Part shown: positions 40,499 to 51,051 of the stretch, one piece after another
Numbering within the stretch: position 1 is the first letter of the stretch
How the letters are laid out: each line of letters opens with the position of its first letter
Source of the DNA: Haliotis rubra
Taxonomy: Eukaryota
Length of the DNA: 64,000 nucleotides
Direction: 5' to 3'
NCBI RefSeq assembly: GCF_003918875.1
Contig: NW_025767168.1
Coordinates: 558,001-622,000, forward strand
Program-made: the position numbers and the translations under genes
The notes under the pieces: model-generated
Database searches by the model: none
The model's input: the letters and a program-made list of their open reading frames with translations, nothing else
What the model was told of the DNA's origin: nothing

Positions 40499-40543
40499 CT
40501 CGTGAACCCAAACGGCCGTGGTCAGAACTTGGTTCTTCTCATC
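40499..40543 (-). CDS. nAChR exon (45 bp; DEKNQVLTTAVWVHE)
   Basis: gacag| acceptor and |gtaagt donor; conserved DEKNQ motif, loop D Trp, in frame. Confidence 0.95.
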
Positions 40544-41166
40544 CTGTCAATGGCAGGAGAACATGAGCACAAATACAGAAAGGTAATTATGTTTGGACAG
40601 TATTCATGATTCACGGAATCAAGGGACAATTTGACACATTTATCTCAGCGATTTTGTCAGTACAAATTTACAAATTTGGCCTTGGTCAAAGGCTGCCTTT
40701 AACTTGGTTTTTCAATAATTTATAAATACACGTTCTTTTTGTACCCCAAATGCATCTGTTCCGGATAATGTCTAGCTTGGTATATGAAGTGTAGTTAGTC
40801 ATGACTGTGGAACAACTGCAGCCTATATTCACAGAAAGAGAGGCCCCTATAGACAACCGTCCTCCCTCCAAAATATTTACTACGTCGCCAATGTTATGGA
40901 AAATACAAATGTCATAAAAACTGGGCGACAGGACCGCTTGTTCTTAAAAAATATTACCTTTCGCATTCAGAGAATTTCGTATTGCGGATTAAGCAAGTGC
41001 ACTATGACCACAGTGATATTGTACCTAGAAAAGACTGTACGTGTAATGCAGCAGGCATGTTTCATCGCAGCTTCCAAAACACAAAGCCCACTCATACCCT
41101 ACTGTCAGGAATACGCAATATGGTAAGAGATGTGCTTTCTACTTTCCACTGTCGCCTCCAACTTAC

Positions 41167-41303
41167 CAGATCAAGGAGCTGATTGAGAGCGATGCCGAAG
41201 CTGACGATGACTGGTTTACTGGCGTTCTCCACGGGCCTGGATTCAGGGTTGTACGACTGGAACAGATCGCCATACAGACGCTGTTCTGTCCCTACACGCC
41301 GGC
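41167..41303 (-). CDS. nAChR exon (mature N-terminus; RRVGTEQRLYGDLFQSYNPESRPVENASKPVIVSFGIALNQLLDL)
   Basis: tatag| acceptor and |gtaagt donor; EQRL..DLF..YN...RPV motif of nAChR N-termini. Confidence 0.93.
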
Positions 41304-41711
41304 CTATAATATACAGATAAACATACTCACTGTATAAATTAAAGAACTGAACACATTGTACAGGATTCGAACCCAGATTTTCGCTGTGGGGAGCAAAAGC
41401 TTTAAGCACAGTGCTACTCAGTCGAGCCCTACAGACTTTTGACATTGACTGAAGCTACAAGAGTATATAAGAATTACTATGTTTACTTACTTCAATACAA
41501 GGCAGACTTGTGAACAAGTGATCTAAGGCGCTACTAGTTGGTGTGCGGAGATGTGTCTATTACATAAGAATGATCTTTTTTCGGAGGTTCGAATCCTGTT
41601 CACCCTGGTTATGATCCTTGGTTTGTTAGTACCGTGTCCTTGTATAACGTTTTCACCAACTTGAAGGATGGTCACGCTGGTTGATTGCGTGCCAGTGTAC
41701 TCAGACGGCAT

Positions 41712-41826
41712 GGATTGCTGCTGATAATGTACAAGACTGGTTTGTCTGGTCCAGAGTCGATTGTATACAGACAGCGGTCGTATAGATTGACTATTGCCTC
41801 CTTAGGCGTTTAACAGCAAACCAAAC
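41712..41826 (+). mobile_element. SINE family B, 3' part
   Basis: gactggtttgtctggtccagagtcgattgtatacagac...ggcgtttaacagcaaacc. Confidence 0.65.
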
Positions 41827-43522
41827 ACCCATGCAGTTTTCTGTATAGCACTAATTGATCTATTTGACACATTATTGTGCGTTGTATATCTTGAAGATAA
41901 TTTCACAAGTATTAAGACTGAATTTATTCATAATGAGGACGTCGACGTTGACGCCAACAGTGTTGTTTCCAACGTCAACCTGTATCGTCAGCGAGCAGCT
42001 TCCTGAGCCGTGACAAATAGCTAGTGTGGCGATCCTGTCTGAGTAGTAGTATGTATAATTCCAAAAACTACGTATGTGTACAATATCGAAGTGCGTGAGT
42101 GAGTAGTATCCTTCAAAAAGTCGATACCGGGATTTCCTCCTCGTAGAAAGCACTGGTCATTATTTTCATTCTATTTTGTACGGCTACGTATACTTGTCAT
42201 TTATCCATGCAACCGTGGTATTTTTGGTACGTTGTTCCGTCCATTCAAAACTGTTAACGCCTAACATACTTGACACATGCACCAGCATATACCGGGAGTA
42301 ATAGCACAAAGACTTTCTCCTGAGTGGGGCGAATGTTTTATCTAAAATCAAAACTTTGCCAACGCCAGTCTTGGCTAGCAGGACATCCAATAATTATACC
42401 TTAATGTATTACATGTACATACGACGAACTATTGTATCTGTTTTTACATCTGAATCATCTTTTCCACAGTTCCCCTCGTAATGAAACCCACTGATGAGCA
42501 CGGTTCCTTTAGGAAACAGATATCCGTCTTTCCGACGCCATTCCGCCTAATTGGCTCTGACCGTCTATACATACACAGCACTGCTGATGCGGGGGAGGGC
42601 CTGTCAGTTTAGGAAACTCACATCACCATGGCAGCTGAGAAAGATGTGCGGGAGATTAAAGGCGGGTTAACAAAGTGTAAATAATGGATGTCAGGTTTTA
42701 CCAAGTTTTACGAATCCTTGGATCCACAAGAGAGTAGTGCAGCTTTTGAACATATACCGAACTTCTACAATTATTATACACGTATTATATCGTAGTTGTG
42801 ACGTGTGTAGTTTTTAAAGAGATATAGTGACACAATATTGATAGGAGATGAAGACAGTTATTCGCTGGGCATCAGAAGTACATGTAGCACAATGCTTGAA
42901 TGTATCATTGGTGCGATAGTGAGGTTTGGCGATAGTGAGGTTTTCCTTGTAAATAAGAATCTATGTTATTTTACCTGCCTCCACACACACGGCCCTGAAA
43001 TAGTTCAATACTATCATTCGTCAAGTGTAGAAATGTTAATCAAGACCTGTGAACGAAACGACTACACATACAGCACATACAGACATGCAGGCACATAGGA
43101 ATACACGTCGCTAAATACAATACCGTCGCTTCCGTGAATTATTAGCGCCAAAGCCAGGAGCACAACTGTACACTTCATCTTCGAAAGCCCGGTGCTCAGC
43201 ATCTTATCTGTAAACAGACGGCCGCCATTTTGTTACACGACCTTGACCTTGTGCCAGTGCCCCAAGTCTGTAGCATATCGATAAGTTATGAGCGGCCGAG
43301 GCAGGATCTTCCATACAGCGGGGATTCATCCGGATTATTGATTCAGCAGCTGGCTGTGATTTAAAGCTGTGGGCTATGTCGGAGCGAAGCCCAAAACTTT
43401 TACTATACTCGAAAAGCTGTTAATGTGATACGCAAAGATAAAAATATTGATATTGCGCAATACAGAATGCTGATAGATTGTTGCAAGGAATGGAGCTTAT
43501 AGATCTCGTCCTCGTGACATAT

Positions 43523-43770
43523 TGAGTGATTGATTAAGTTTAGTTTTACGCCGCACTGAGCAATATTCCAGCTATATTGCGGCGATCTGAAAATAATCGA
43601 GTCTGGACCAGAAAATCCAGTGGTCAACAGCATGAGCATCGATCGGCGCAATTGGGAACCGATGACACGTGTCCACCAAACAAGCGAGCCTGACCACCCG
43701 ACCCCGTTAGTAGCCTCGTACGACAAGCATGGGTTACTGAAGGTACATTCTAACCCGGACCTTCACGGGG
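43523..43770 (-). mobile_element. SINE family B, full length, contiguous with the tandem array
   Basis: Tail shared with family A (gctggaatattgct...gcggcgtaaaactaaact); no recognisable A/B boxes. Confidence 0.88.
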
Positions 43771-45269
43771 AGACAAGCATGGGTTACTGAAGGTACATTC
43801 TAACCCGGACCTTCACGGGGAGACAAGCATGGGTTACTGAAGGTACATTCTAACCCGGACCTTCACGGGGAGACAAGCATGGGTTACTGAAGGTACATTC
43901 TAACCGGGACCTTCACGGGGAGACAAGCATGGGTTACTGAAGGTACATTCTAACCCGGGCCTTCACGGGTAGACAAGCATGGGTTACTGAAGGTACATTC
44001 TAACCCGAACCTTCACGGGGAGACAAGCATGGGTTACTGAAGGTACGTTCTAACCCGAACCTTCACGGGGAGACAAGCATGGGTTACTGAAGGTACATTC
44101 TAACCCGAACCTTCACGGGGAGACAAGCATGGGTTACTGAAGGTACATTCTAACCCGAACCTTCACGGGGAGACAAGCATGGGTTACTGAAGGTACATTC
44201 TAACCCGGACCTTCACGGGGAGACAAGCATGGGTTACTGAAGGTACATTCTAACCCGGACCTTCACGGGGAGACAAGCATGGGTTACTGAAGGTACATTC
44301 TAACCCGGACCTTCACGGGGAGACAAGCATGGGTTACTGAAGGTACATTCTAACCGGGACCTTCACGGGGAGACAAGCATGGGTTACTGAAGGTACATTC
44401 TAACCCGGACCTTCACGGGGAGACAAGCATGGGTTACTGAAGGTACATTCTAACCCGGACCTTCACGGGGAGACAAGCATGGGTTACTGAAGGTACATTC
44501 TAACCGGGACCTTCACGGGGAGACAAGCATGGGTTACTGAAGGTACATTCTAACCCGAACCTTCACGGGGAGACAAGCATGGGTTACTGAAGGTACATTC
44601 TAACCCGGACCTTCACGGGGAGACAAGCATGGGTTACTGAAGGTACATTCTAACCGGGACCTTCACGGGGAGACAAGCATGGGTTACTGAAGGTACATTC
44701 TAACCCGGACCTTCACGGGGAGACAAGCATGGGTTACTGAAGGTACATTCTAACCCGAACCTTCACGGGTAGACAAGCATGGGTTACTGAAGGTACATTC
44801 TAACCGGGACCTTCACGGGTAGACAAGCATGGGTTACTGAAGGTACATTCTAACCCGAACCTTCACGGGGAGACAAGCATGGGTTACTGAAGGTACATTC
44901 TAACCCGGACCTTCACGGGGAGACAAGCATGGGTTACTGAAGGTACATTCTAACCGGGACCTTCACGGGGAGACAAGCATGGGTTACTGAAGGTACATTC
45001 TAACCGGACCTTCACGGGGAGACAAGCATGGGTTACTGAAGGTACATTCTAACCCGAACCTTCACGGAGAGACAAGCATGGGTTACTGAAGGTACATTCT
45101 AACCGGGACCTTCACGGGTAGACAAGCATGGGTTACTGAAGGTACATTCTAACCCGGACCTTCACGGGTAGACAAGCATGGGTTACTGAAGGTACATTCT
45201 AACCCGAACCTTCACGGGTAGACAAGCATGGGTTACTGACGGTACATTCTAACCCGGACCTTCACGGGT
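43721..45269. repeat. Minisatellite, 31 copies of a 50-bp unit derived from the SINE B 5' end
   Basis: Unit agacaagcatgggttactgaaggtacattctaacccggaccttcacgggg; one unit is 49 bp; no spacers. Confidence 0.98.
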
Positions 45270-45532
45270 TCCTCATCATACACACTTTCGAACAAAGAAG
45301 TTGATGTTTAACTATATTCCCTTTGTCCAGTTTACTTGCATTTGACATTTGTATCAAACCAATTGACCATGTGTCCATTTGATCTTATATCTTACTTCTA
45401 ATAATTATTACGGTAATACTTTACTTTCTTCTGTAGGAAGATTTATGTAGGAGATGTACTGTATGTCGCTTTTCTGTTATTTTAATGAAAATATTATTTT
45501 TTATAGCAGCATTTTCTTTAAATTTCGTTTTC

Positions 45533-45559
45533 ATGATGATGATGATGATGATGATGATG
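45533..45559. repeat. (ATG)n microsatellite
   Basis: About 9 perfect units. Confidence 0.9.
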
Positions 45560-45679
45560 GGCCTGCCATGCCATGAATATTTAATTAGGAAATTTACCCG
45601 AAGTGGTAGGGGGAGCTGAACGGCGGGGTGTTCTGGTTGGTATTTGTTTTGTTTTTATGTTTTCGTGTTTCTTCTTTGA

Positions 45680-45901
45680 GGTGAGGTGAGGTGAAATTGA
45701 GTTTAACGTCGCGCTGGAGAATATTTCGCTCATATTACGACATGCATGCGTGTGTATGTGTATGTGCGGCTGCTTATACTAGCCCAGACCAACAAGTACC
45801 ATATTTTAACGTCTTTTGGTATGACGCGGTCCGGGATCGAACCCGCGACCTTCCGCTCTCCGGGCGGACGCTCTAACCACTATACCACGGAGGCGGTCCT
45901 A
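45680..45901 (-). mobile_element. SINE family C (tRNA-derived, (CACCT)n tail)
   Basis: A box TGGTATAGTGG, B box GGTTCGATCCC, then gtcataccaaaagacgttaaaatatggtac; TSD tttcttctttga (45668-45679 / 45902-45913). Confidence 0.88.
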
Positions 45902-46030
45902 TTTCTTCTTTGAAAGGCATTTTAGAAGTTCAGTTGATGAAGAATGATGACACTGTTTATGGATATATAACTTCTTTTATTCTGTGAAGGGCGACGTTTC
46001 GACAGATTCTAATGCCGTTGTCAAGCAAGT
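45902..46030 (-). mobile_element. Penelope-like 3' end with a variant hammerhead core (45991-46026)
   Basis: gc UUGACAA cGGCA uuagaauc UGUC GAAAC GUC gc, followed by aataaaagaagtt...acttctaaaatgcc as in the 31.7-kb element. Confidence 0.68.
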
Positions 46031-46498
46031 GATGCATGAGAAACAAATTGAGAGAATATATACATGATTTGTTATTACAATAGATTGGGGATGTGTTGTT
46101 TATACAGTAAATGAAGTAGATGTACAACTATTGTATATGAGATTGAATAAGTTGATTTGAGTTTTAGTTTTTGTTTAGTTTTTTTTTAAGGCTATGTGGT
46201 TAGGTAGTTTTTGATTTTAGGTAGGTACTAGTTGGTTACGTGGGATTACATACAACCTAGATTGCCTCTTTTGATTAGAAATATACCTAAGGCTTTGAAA
46301 GTGAGTGTTATTTCGTGGGCGTCTGGAGTGCTTGTAGTGTTAGGAGTATGTTCGTGTCCAGTGAACTCTGGAGCACCATTCTGTGTTGTTGGTAGAGTAT
46401 GCAGTGTAGAAGTATATGCTTACTTTTTCACCTACCGGTCATTCTTCAGGTATTATATATACATAAAGGTAAATCGTTATACATGAATTAGCTTTAAC

Positions 46499-46730
46499 CT
46501 TCACGTAAAACACTGACGAATGACATGCATAAAATCGAACACTGCGAAAGAACAAGGAAAGTCAGTGAAAACAATGGTCGGGAAAATACTCGAAGCGCAC
46601 ATACAATATTTGTGAGAGCGTTGCAATATTGTAAAACGGTCACACAGACACGCACTACGCGAGTTACTGCACATGAAAAGCGAGACTTGTCATCACACGA
46701 AGACCAGATATCAGGGACCATATATGGTCT
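46499..46730 (-). CDS. Candidate upstream (signal-peptide) exon of the nAChR gene
   Basis: Open frame MVPDIW...LFSLTFLVLSQCSILCMSFVSVLRE(G), preceded by atttgcag, ends in the required phase 1 (G|gttaaa); the donor is weak and the N-terminus is long, so this is tentative. Confidence 0.3.
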
Positions 46731-47144
46731 CTGCAAATATTAATGTTCGATGACATTTGGCATTGTTTTTATCACGGACAGATGTTCTTGTTAAGTGTTA
46801 GTTACACATTCGACATCGGTATTGAATATGTAATCTGTTTGCACTCGCAAAAACGTGACGAAGTATGCGTGCACTGTTTGAGCCTTTTGTAATTGATTAC
46901 ATACGCTAATGAAATATGTTCAGTGCACAGAACAAGTGCAGGACACCAACGCGTTGACAAGAACAATCATGATAGTACGTAGTGTTCAATTGTATTTCAC
47001 ATACGTCTTTTTTATTGCAAACAAAAGTGACGAGTGAAATTATACATTTTCCCCTCCGATACACACATTGAACATACTGAACGTGGCTGTTCTTTCATAC
47101 AATGTTATTTGTCTAGTGTAAATATCAGTCTGCTTCTCTGGTGT

Positions 47145-47255
47145 GTTTGTTTGTTTGTTTGCTGTTTAATGTCGCACTCTGCGGTCTGTAAATAATCGAG
47201 CGTGGACCAGACAATCCAGTGATCAACAGCAGGAGCACCGATCTACGCAGCTGGG
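47145..47255 (-). mobile_element. SINE family B fragment
   Basis: gcggtctgtaaataatcgagcgtggaccagacaatccagtgatcaacagc. Confidence 0.78.
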
Positions 47256-47623
47256 CTGCTTCATATCTTGCTGAAAGTCACGTAACAGTTTGGAAAACAT
47301 GACTTTATGGTAACTATCAACCGAATGAAATTAGAGCGACATCATATCCACGTTACCTTGTGACCAACACTTTGTCGACGTTGTCAAGTGACGAATCTAG
47401 TCTTTTCACGCCGTTCGCCTCCCCTGAAAATCAACAGGCTGTATATCCGTCTTTCTGTGAGTGAGCGTTGTTTTATGCCGCTATCAACAATATTCCAGCT
47501 GCGTCTGGACGATATAGAACGGGACAGAACAATCTATGACATTGAGGCAAGATGACAAACTGTTTCAAGTCACCGACGTCGGCCAAACAATTGTATACTC
47601 TTGAGCGGGTTAGGCTGCTAACT

Positions 47624-47692
47624 TTAGAAAGTGTAATCCCAAATATAACACATGTTACATTTGACCACTTTCTAAATGGCATTGTGTAATCA
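47624..47692 (+). mobile_element. SINE family D, 3' fragment
   Basis: agaaagtgtaatcccaaatataacacatgttacatttgaccactttctaaatggcattgtgta. Confidence 0.8.
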
Positions 47693-48220
47693 TAGCTACA
47701 TGTAATGTATTTTAGCCGTTTGTAATGCACTTCACTGTGCCACCGGATACGCTCACCTTTTCACGATCTCGTGTTCACGTCAATATTTGGCAGTGATTCA
47801 TAGGCATATTTTCACGATACATTTGTACATGAAATCGTAAATCTCTTCTTTTGGCGGATATTACTAATGATTATTAACCAGAATTGGCTATTTCATTTAA
47901 TTACCACTGGTGTGAATAACGATTTATACAAAGTTGTTATGACAACCCTAAATCTCTATTTTATGAAGGTATCACAGAAGATATGATGTTTGTCCATTCC
48001 TAAATAAACATGTCAATTCCAGATGGTTTCTTTACATGTTGACATTTTGTTGCTTTTGAACGCAATGGTGTAATCACGTCTGTTCTCACCTCACAGTAGG
48101 GCTGCACGGTATTACCGGTATACCGGTAAACAGCAATACGATATTGTAACAATTAGGTATCGCGATTCGTTTATGATGTACCGGTATACCGACAAAGATT
48201 TATTTGTTCAACTCTAATCC

Positions 48221-48402
48221 GCTGATCGGTCTAGGCGTCTGTGTGCTGGCGATTAGGTGTCTGACGCTGATGGTGTGGGTTCGAATCCCGGATGGGACTC
48301 AACCCAAAAAGTACTAGAATCTGTACTTCACTAAGAAAGTGTAATCCCAAATATAACATATGTTACATTTGATCACTTTCTAAAATGGCATTGTGTATTT
48401 CA
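48221..48402 (+). mobile_element. SINE family D
   Basis: Same head and body as the copy at 25409-25620; 12-bp TSD caactctaatcc (48209-48220 / 48403-48414). Confidence 0.9.
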
Positions 48403-48427
48403 CAACTCTAATCCATTCAACACCGTA

Positions 48428-48542
48428 GGTAAGACTTCCGCCCGTATACCCCCCTAAATGTTAATGGTGAGGAATAAGATATATATATGTATATTCAGGT
48501 AATATGGGTAGTGGTGGGTGGGGATTGGGCGGAAGTCTTTCC
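48428..48542. mobile_element. Small MITE
   Basis: Inverted termini gg(t/a)aagacttccgccc. Confidence 0.6.
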
Positions 48543-48744
48543 AAATGATTGGCAACGGGTCCACGTAAAGATTGTCAAAGAGCAAAGTATTGATGTTTCC
48601 AGGAAATCATTAAAGAAAAAAAATCTACAGTTTTCATGAAAGTTGTCAAACGTACATCTAAGTAACTATTTCCATATTTTTGTGTGCGATCATGTTATGC
48701 AAGTAAAGTGGCATCTCGGCTTTCGTCGCCTCGATCTTCATGCT

Positions 48745-49912
48745 CGAACAGCCACTGTCATTGGGTCCAAAACAATATCTTCCAGATTACCCAATAGCAG
48801 TTCAATTTTCACAGCAGAAGCAAACGCCACACTAAACAGCTCTTAAATATATAAATAGACACCCTAAATATAAACAATATATAATATTTTCAGACTCTCT
48901 TTCTTGCCTTCAGGCGATTAAAAATATTTCTTGTAAACATCCACTTTTAATAGAAATTATAGAATTATATAATGATCTTGCAACTGGTCAATACGACATC
49001 GTCCTCTGTTGGTTACCCAGCCACGTTGGCATTTCTGGGAATACAATGGCCGATTTTGCTGCCAAGGCAGCACTCAACAAATCTGTGACACCACTTCTGA
49101 TCCCATACTCTGATTACAAAGCTAACATTAGAACTTACATCCGTGATCTGATGCAAAAGAAGTGGGACGCCCAAGTAGGTATCAATAAATTACATGCAAT
49201 AAAACCAACTACTTGGGTTGTCAGTCCAGATTTGAAGAGGTCATCAAACGACGATGTCGTATTGGCCACACAAGATATACTCCTGAGTACCTATTGAAAG
49301 GTGAGGATATTTTAATGTCAAAACAGTAAAGGACCTTTTAGTAACGTTAATTATCATTTAATCATTGATTTTTTAAAAGAGATAGATCTGTTAAATGAAT
49401 TTTGATATATGTTTTGTAAATAGATAAGGTTTTATAATTAGTAGTTTAGATTATCAACTTCAATTGTTAGTGGCTGTACCCTCAAAGGGGGTTGAAGTAT
49501 TTTAAAATTATTGTCCTCCTGAGAGGGTACGTAAGTCCCAACACATTTAGAGTAAATTTAAGCTTGCCACGTTTTTAATCGTAGAATATGTGTGCTTTTA
49601 ATTTATGGCTAGATTTCTCTTCTGTCGCCAATGGCTGAAGGGATGGTGTAAATCCAACTAGGGTCCATGCAGGTAACAAAAGTAATGTAAGTCCCCATGG
49701 TCCCTGGTATGGTGATCTACCTTCAGTTATTGGCGATTTATAGCCCATTTTTATGTTGTATTTTTTTTCCCTATAGGTAAAACGTTTTAGATTTAATTAC
49801 TAGTTTTACATACATATCTGTGATATTCTAGTTGTTTTACTGTCCTTCGTCGGCAGGTTTTTTATAATATACTCATATTTCATTTCAATATCAAATGTCC
49901 TCGTCACGATGT
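48745..49912 (+). mobile_element. 5'-truncated I/Nimb-type LINE: RNase H domain plus 3' UTR (frameshifted)
   Basis: SSIFTAEA..., YIIFSDSLSCLQAI, WLPSHVGISGNTMADFAAK are RNase H motifs; the 3' UTR matches 37829-38275. Confidence 0.88.
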
Positions 49913-50851
49913 TTAATGTGAAACAAATTGCATAAAGAATATTTGTCACAGGTCGCTTTCGAACGATACCCGCCATCACATTAATCTTCTCAAGTGTTAG
50001 TCATACCAGGGATAATCTACAACATTTACATAGTCTCCCTGTTCATACGGAGCTTCGAAATCAGAGGCATTTCCCAATGTTGTCTCGTGTTACCGGGCGA
50101 AAAGCCACGGCTATCGCGAAAGAGGCGACGATGCATATTATTGGATTAATCTTTTTAAAATAATTTTCTGATTACGTAAAAATGAAAATATACATATAAT
50201 AGGTAAGAGGATATTATGACATCTTACAAATGGATTAAAATAGCGGGAGTTTTCGTCTCCTTCGTGGTATATCTGGACATTATAAGTGTGTAAACTTGTA
50301 TTTTTATTGGAAATAAACTTTTTTAAGTTGAAGTTGTATTATTTGAATAATATGTTAAAAATACCTTTGGGATTTATCAACAGTTGGATTAGACCTTAAT
50401 TATTGTAGTAGCAATAATATTTCACGAGCTGATATTTCCCTTGACAAACGTAGGCTTCTATCTTATTAAAACTAAGGCTGTTTCTCAAGATTCATTTGTT
50501 TCATTATTCTATTCAGTCTAAAGAAAGTTTACTTTAACTAATACAGAGAGACCTTTGCCCATCTTGAGTGCTTTACTAAATCATTTCTTTATGAGAAAGT
50601 GTACCAAACGTCATTCATGAATTAGGTAATGTTATTAATACTTTTATTCAAAGACATAGGTGCATAAATCATTGTTTTGATTAGAATGTTCACTTCAAGA
50701 TCATGTCACATGATTGTGACTTCAATTATTTTTTTCTTGAGTAATACAGATGTGTACAGTAAATTCTTTAACTCTTTAAATTATTTGAAATTCAACATCC
50801 TTTGTTGTTTAAAGAAGTTAAAGTATATAAATAAACTAACGGCCAAAAGAC

Positions 50852-51051
50852 ACGATACCAAGTCGTAATCACTGATATTACAAAACGACAAACCACCATT
50901 AGTGTAAAAGGAAAGAGAATTTTGACAACAGGTGTATGGGCATGTGTATGCACGTGCATGTTGCCCATACACCTGTTGTCAAAATTCTCTTTCCTTTTAC
51001 ACAATGGTGGTTTGTCGTTTAGTATTATCAGTGATTTTGACTTAATATCGT
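50852..51051. repeat. Long foldback palindrome (~90-bp arms)
   Basis: Arms 50852-50942 / 50962-51051, e.g. gtgtaaaaggaaagagaattttgacaacaggtgtatgggca versus its reverse complement. Confidence 0.92.

Noticed and set aside
43721-45269. CRISPR array
   Set aside because: There are no unique spacers and no cas genes, the context is eukaryotic, and the unit is a piece of the adjacent SINE
46420-46452. Possible extra hammerhead (CUGAAGA...GAAA) on the minus strand
   Set aside because: Stem II is weak and there is no helix III or cleavage triplet
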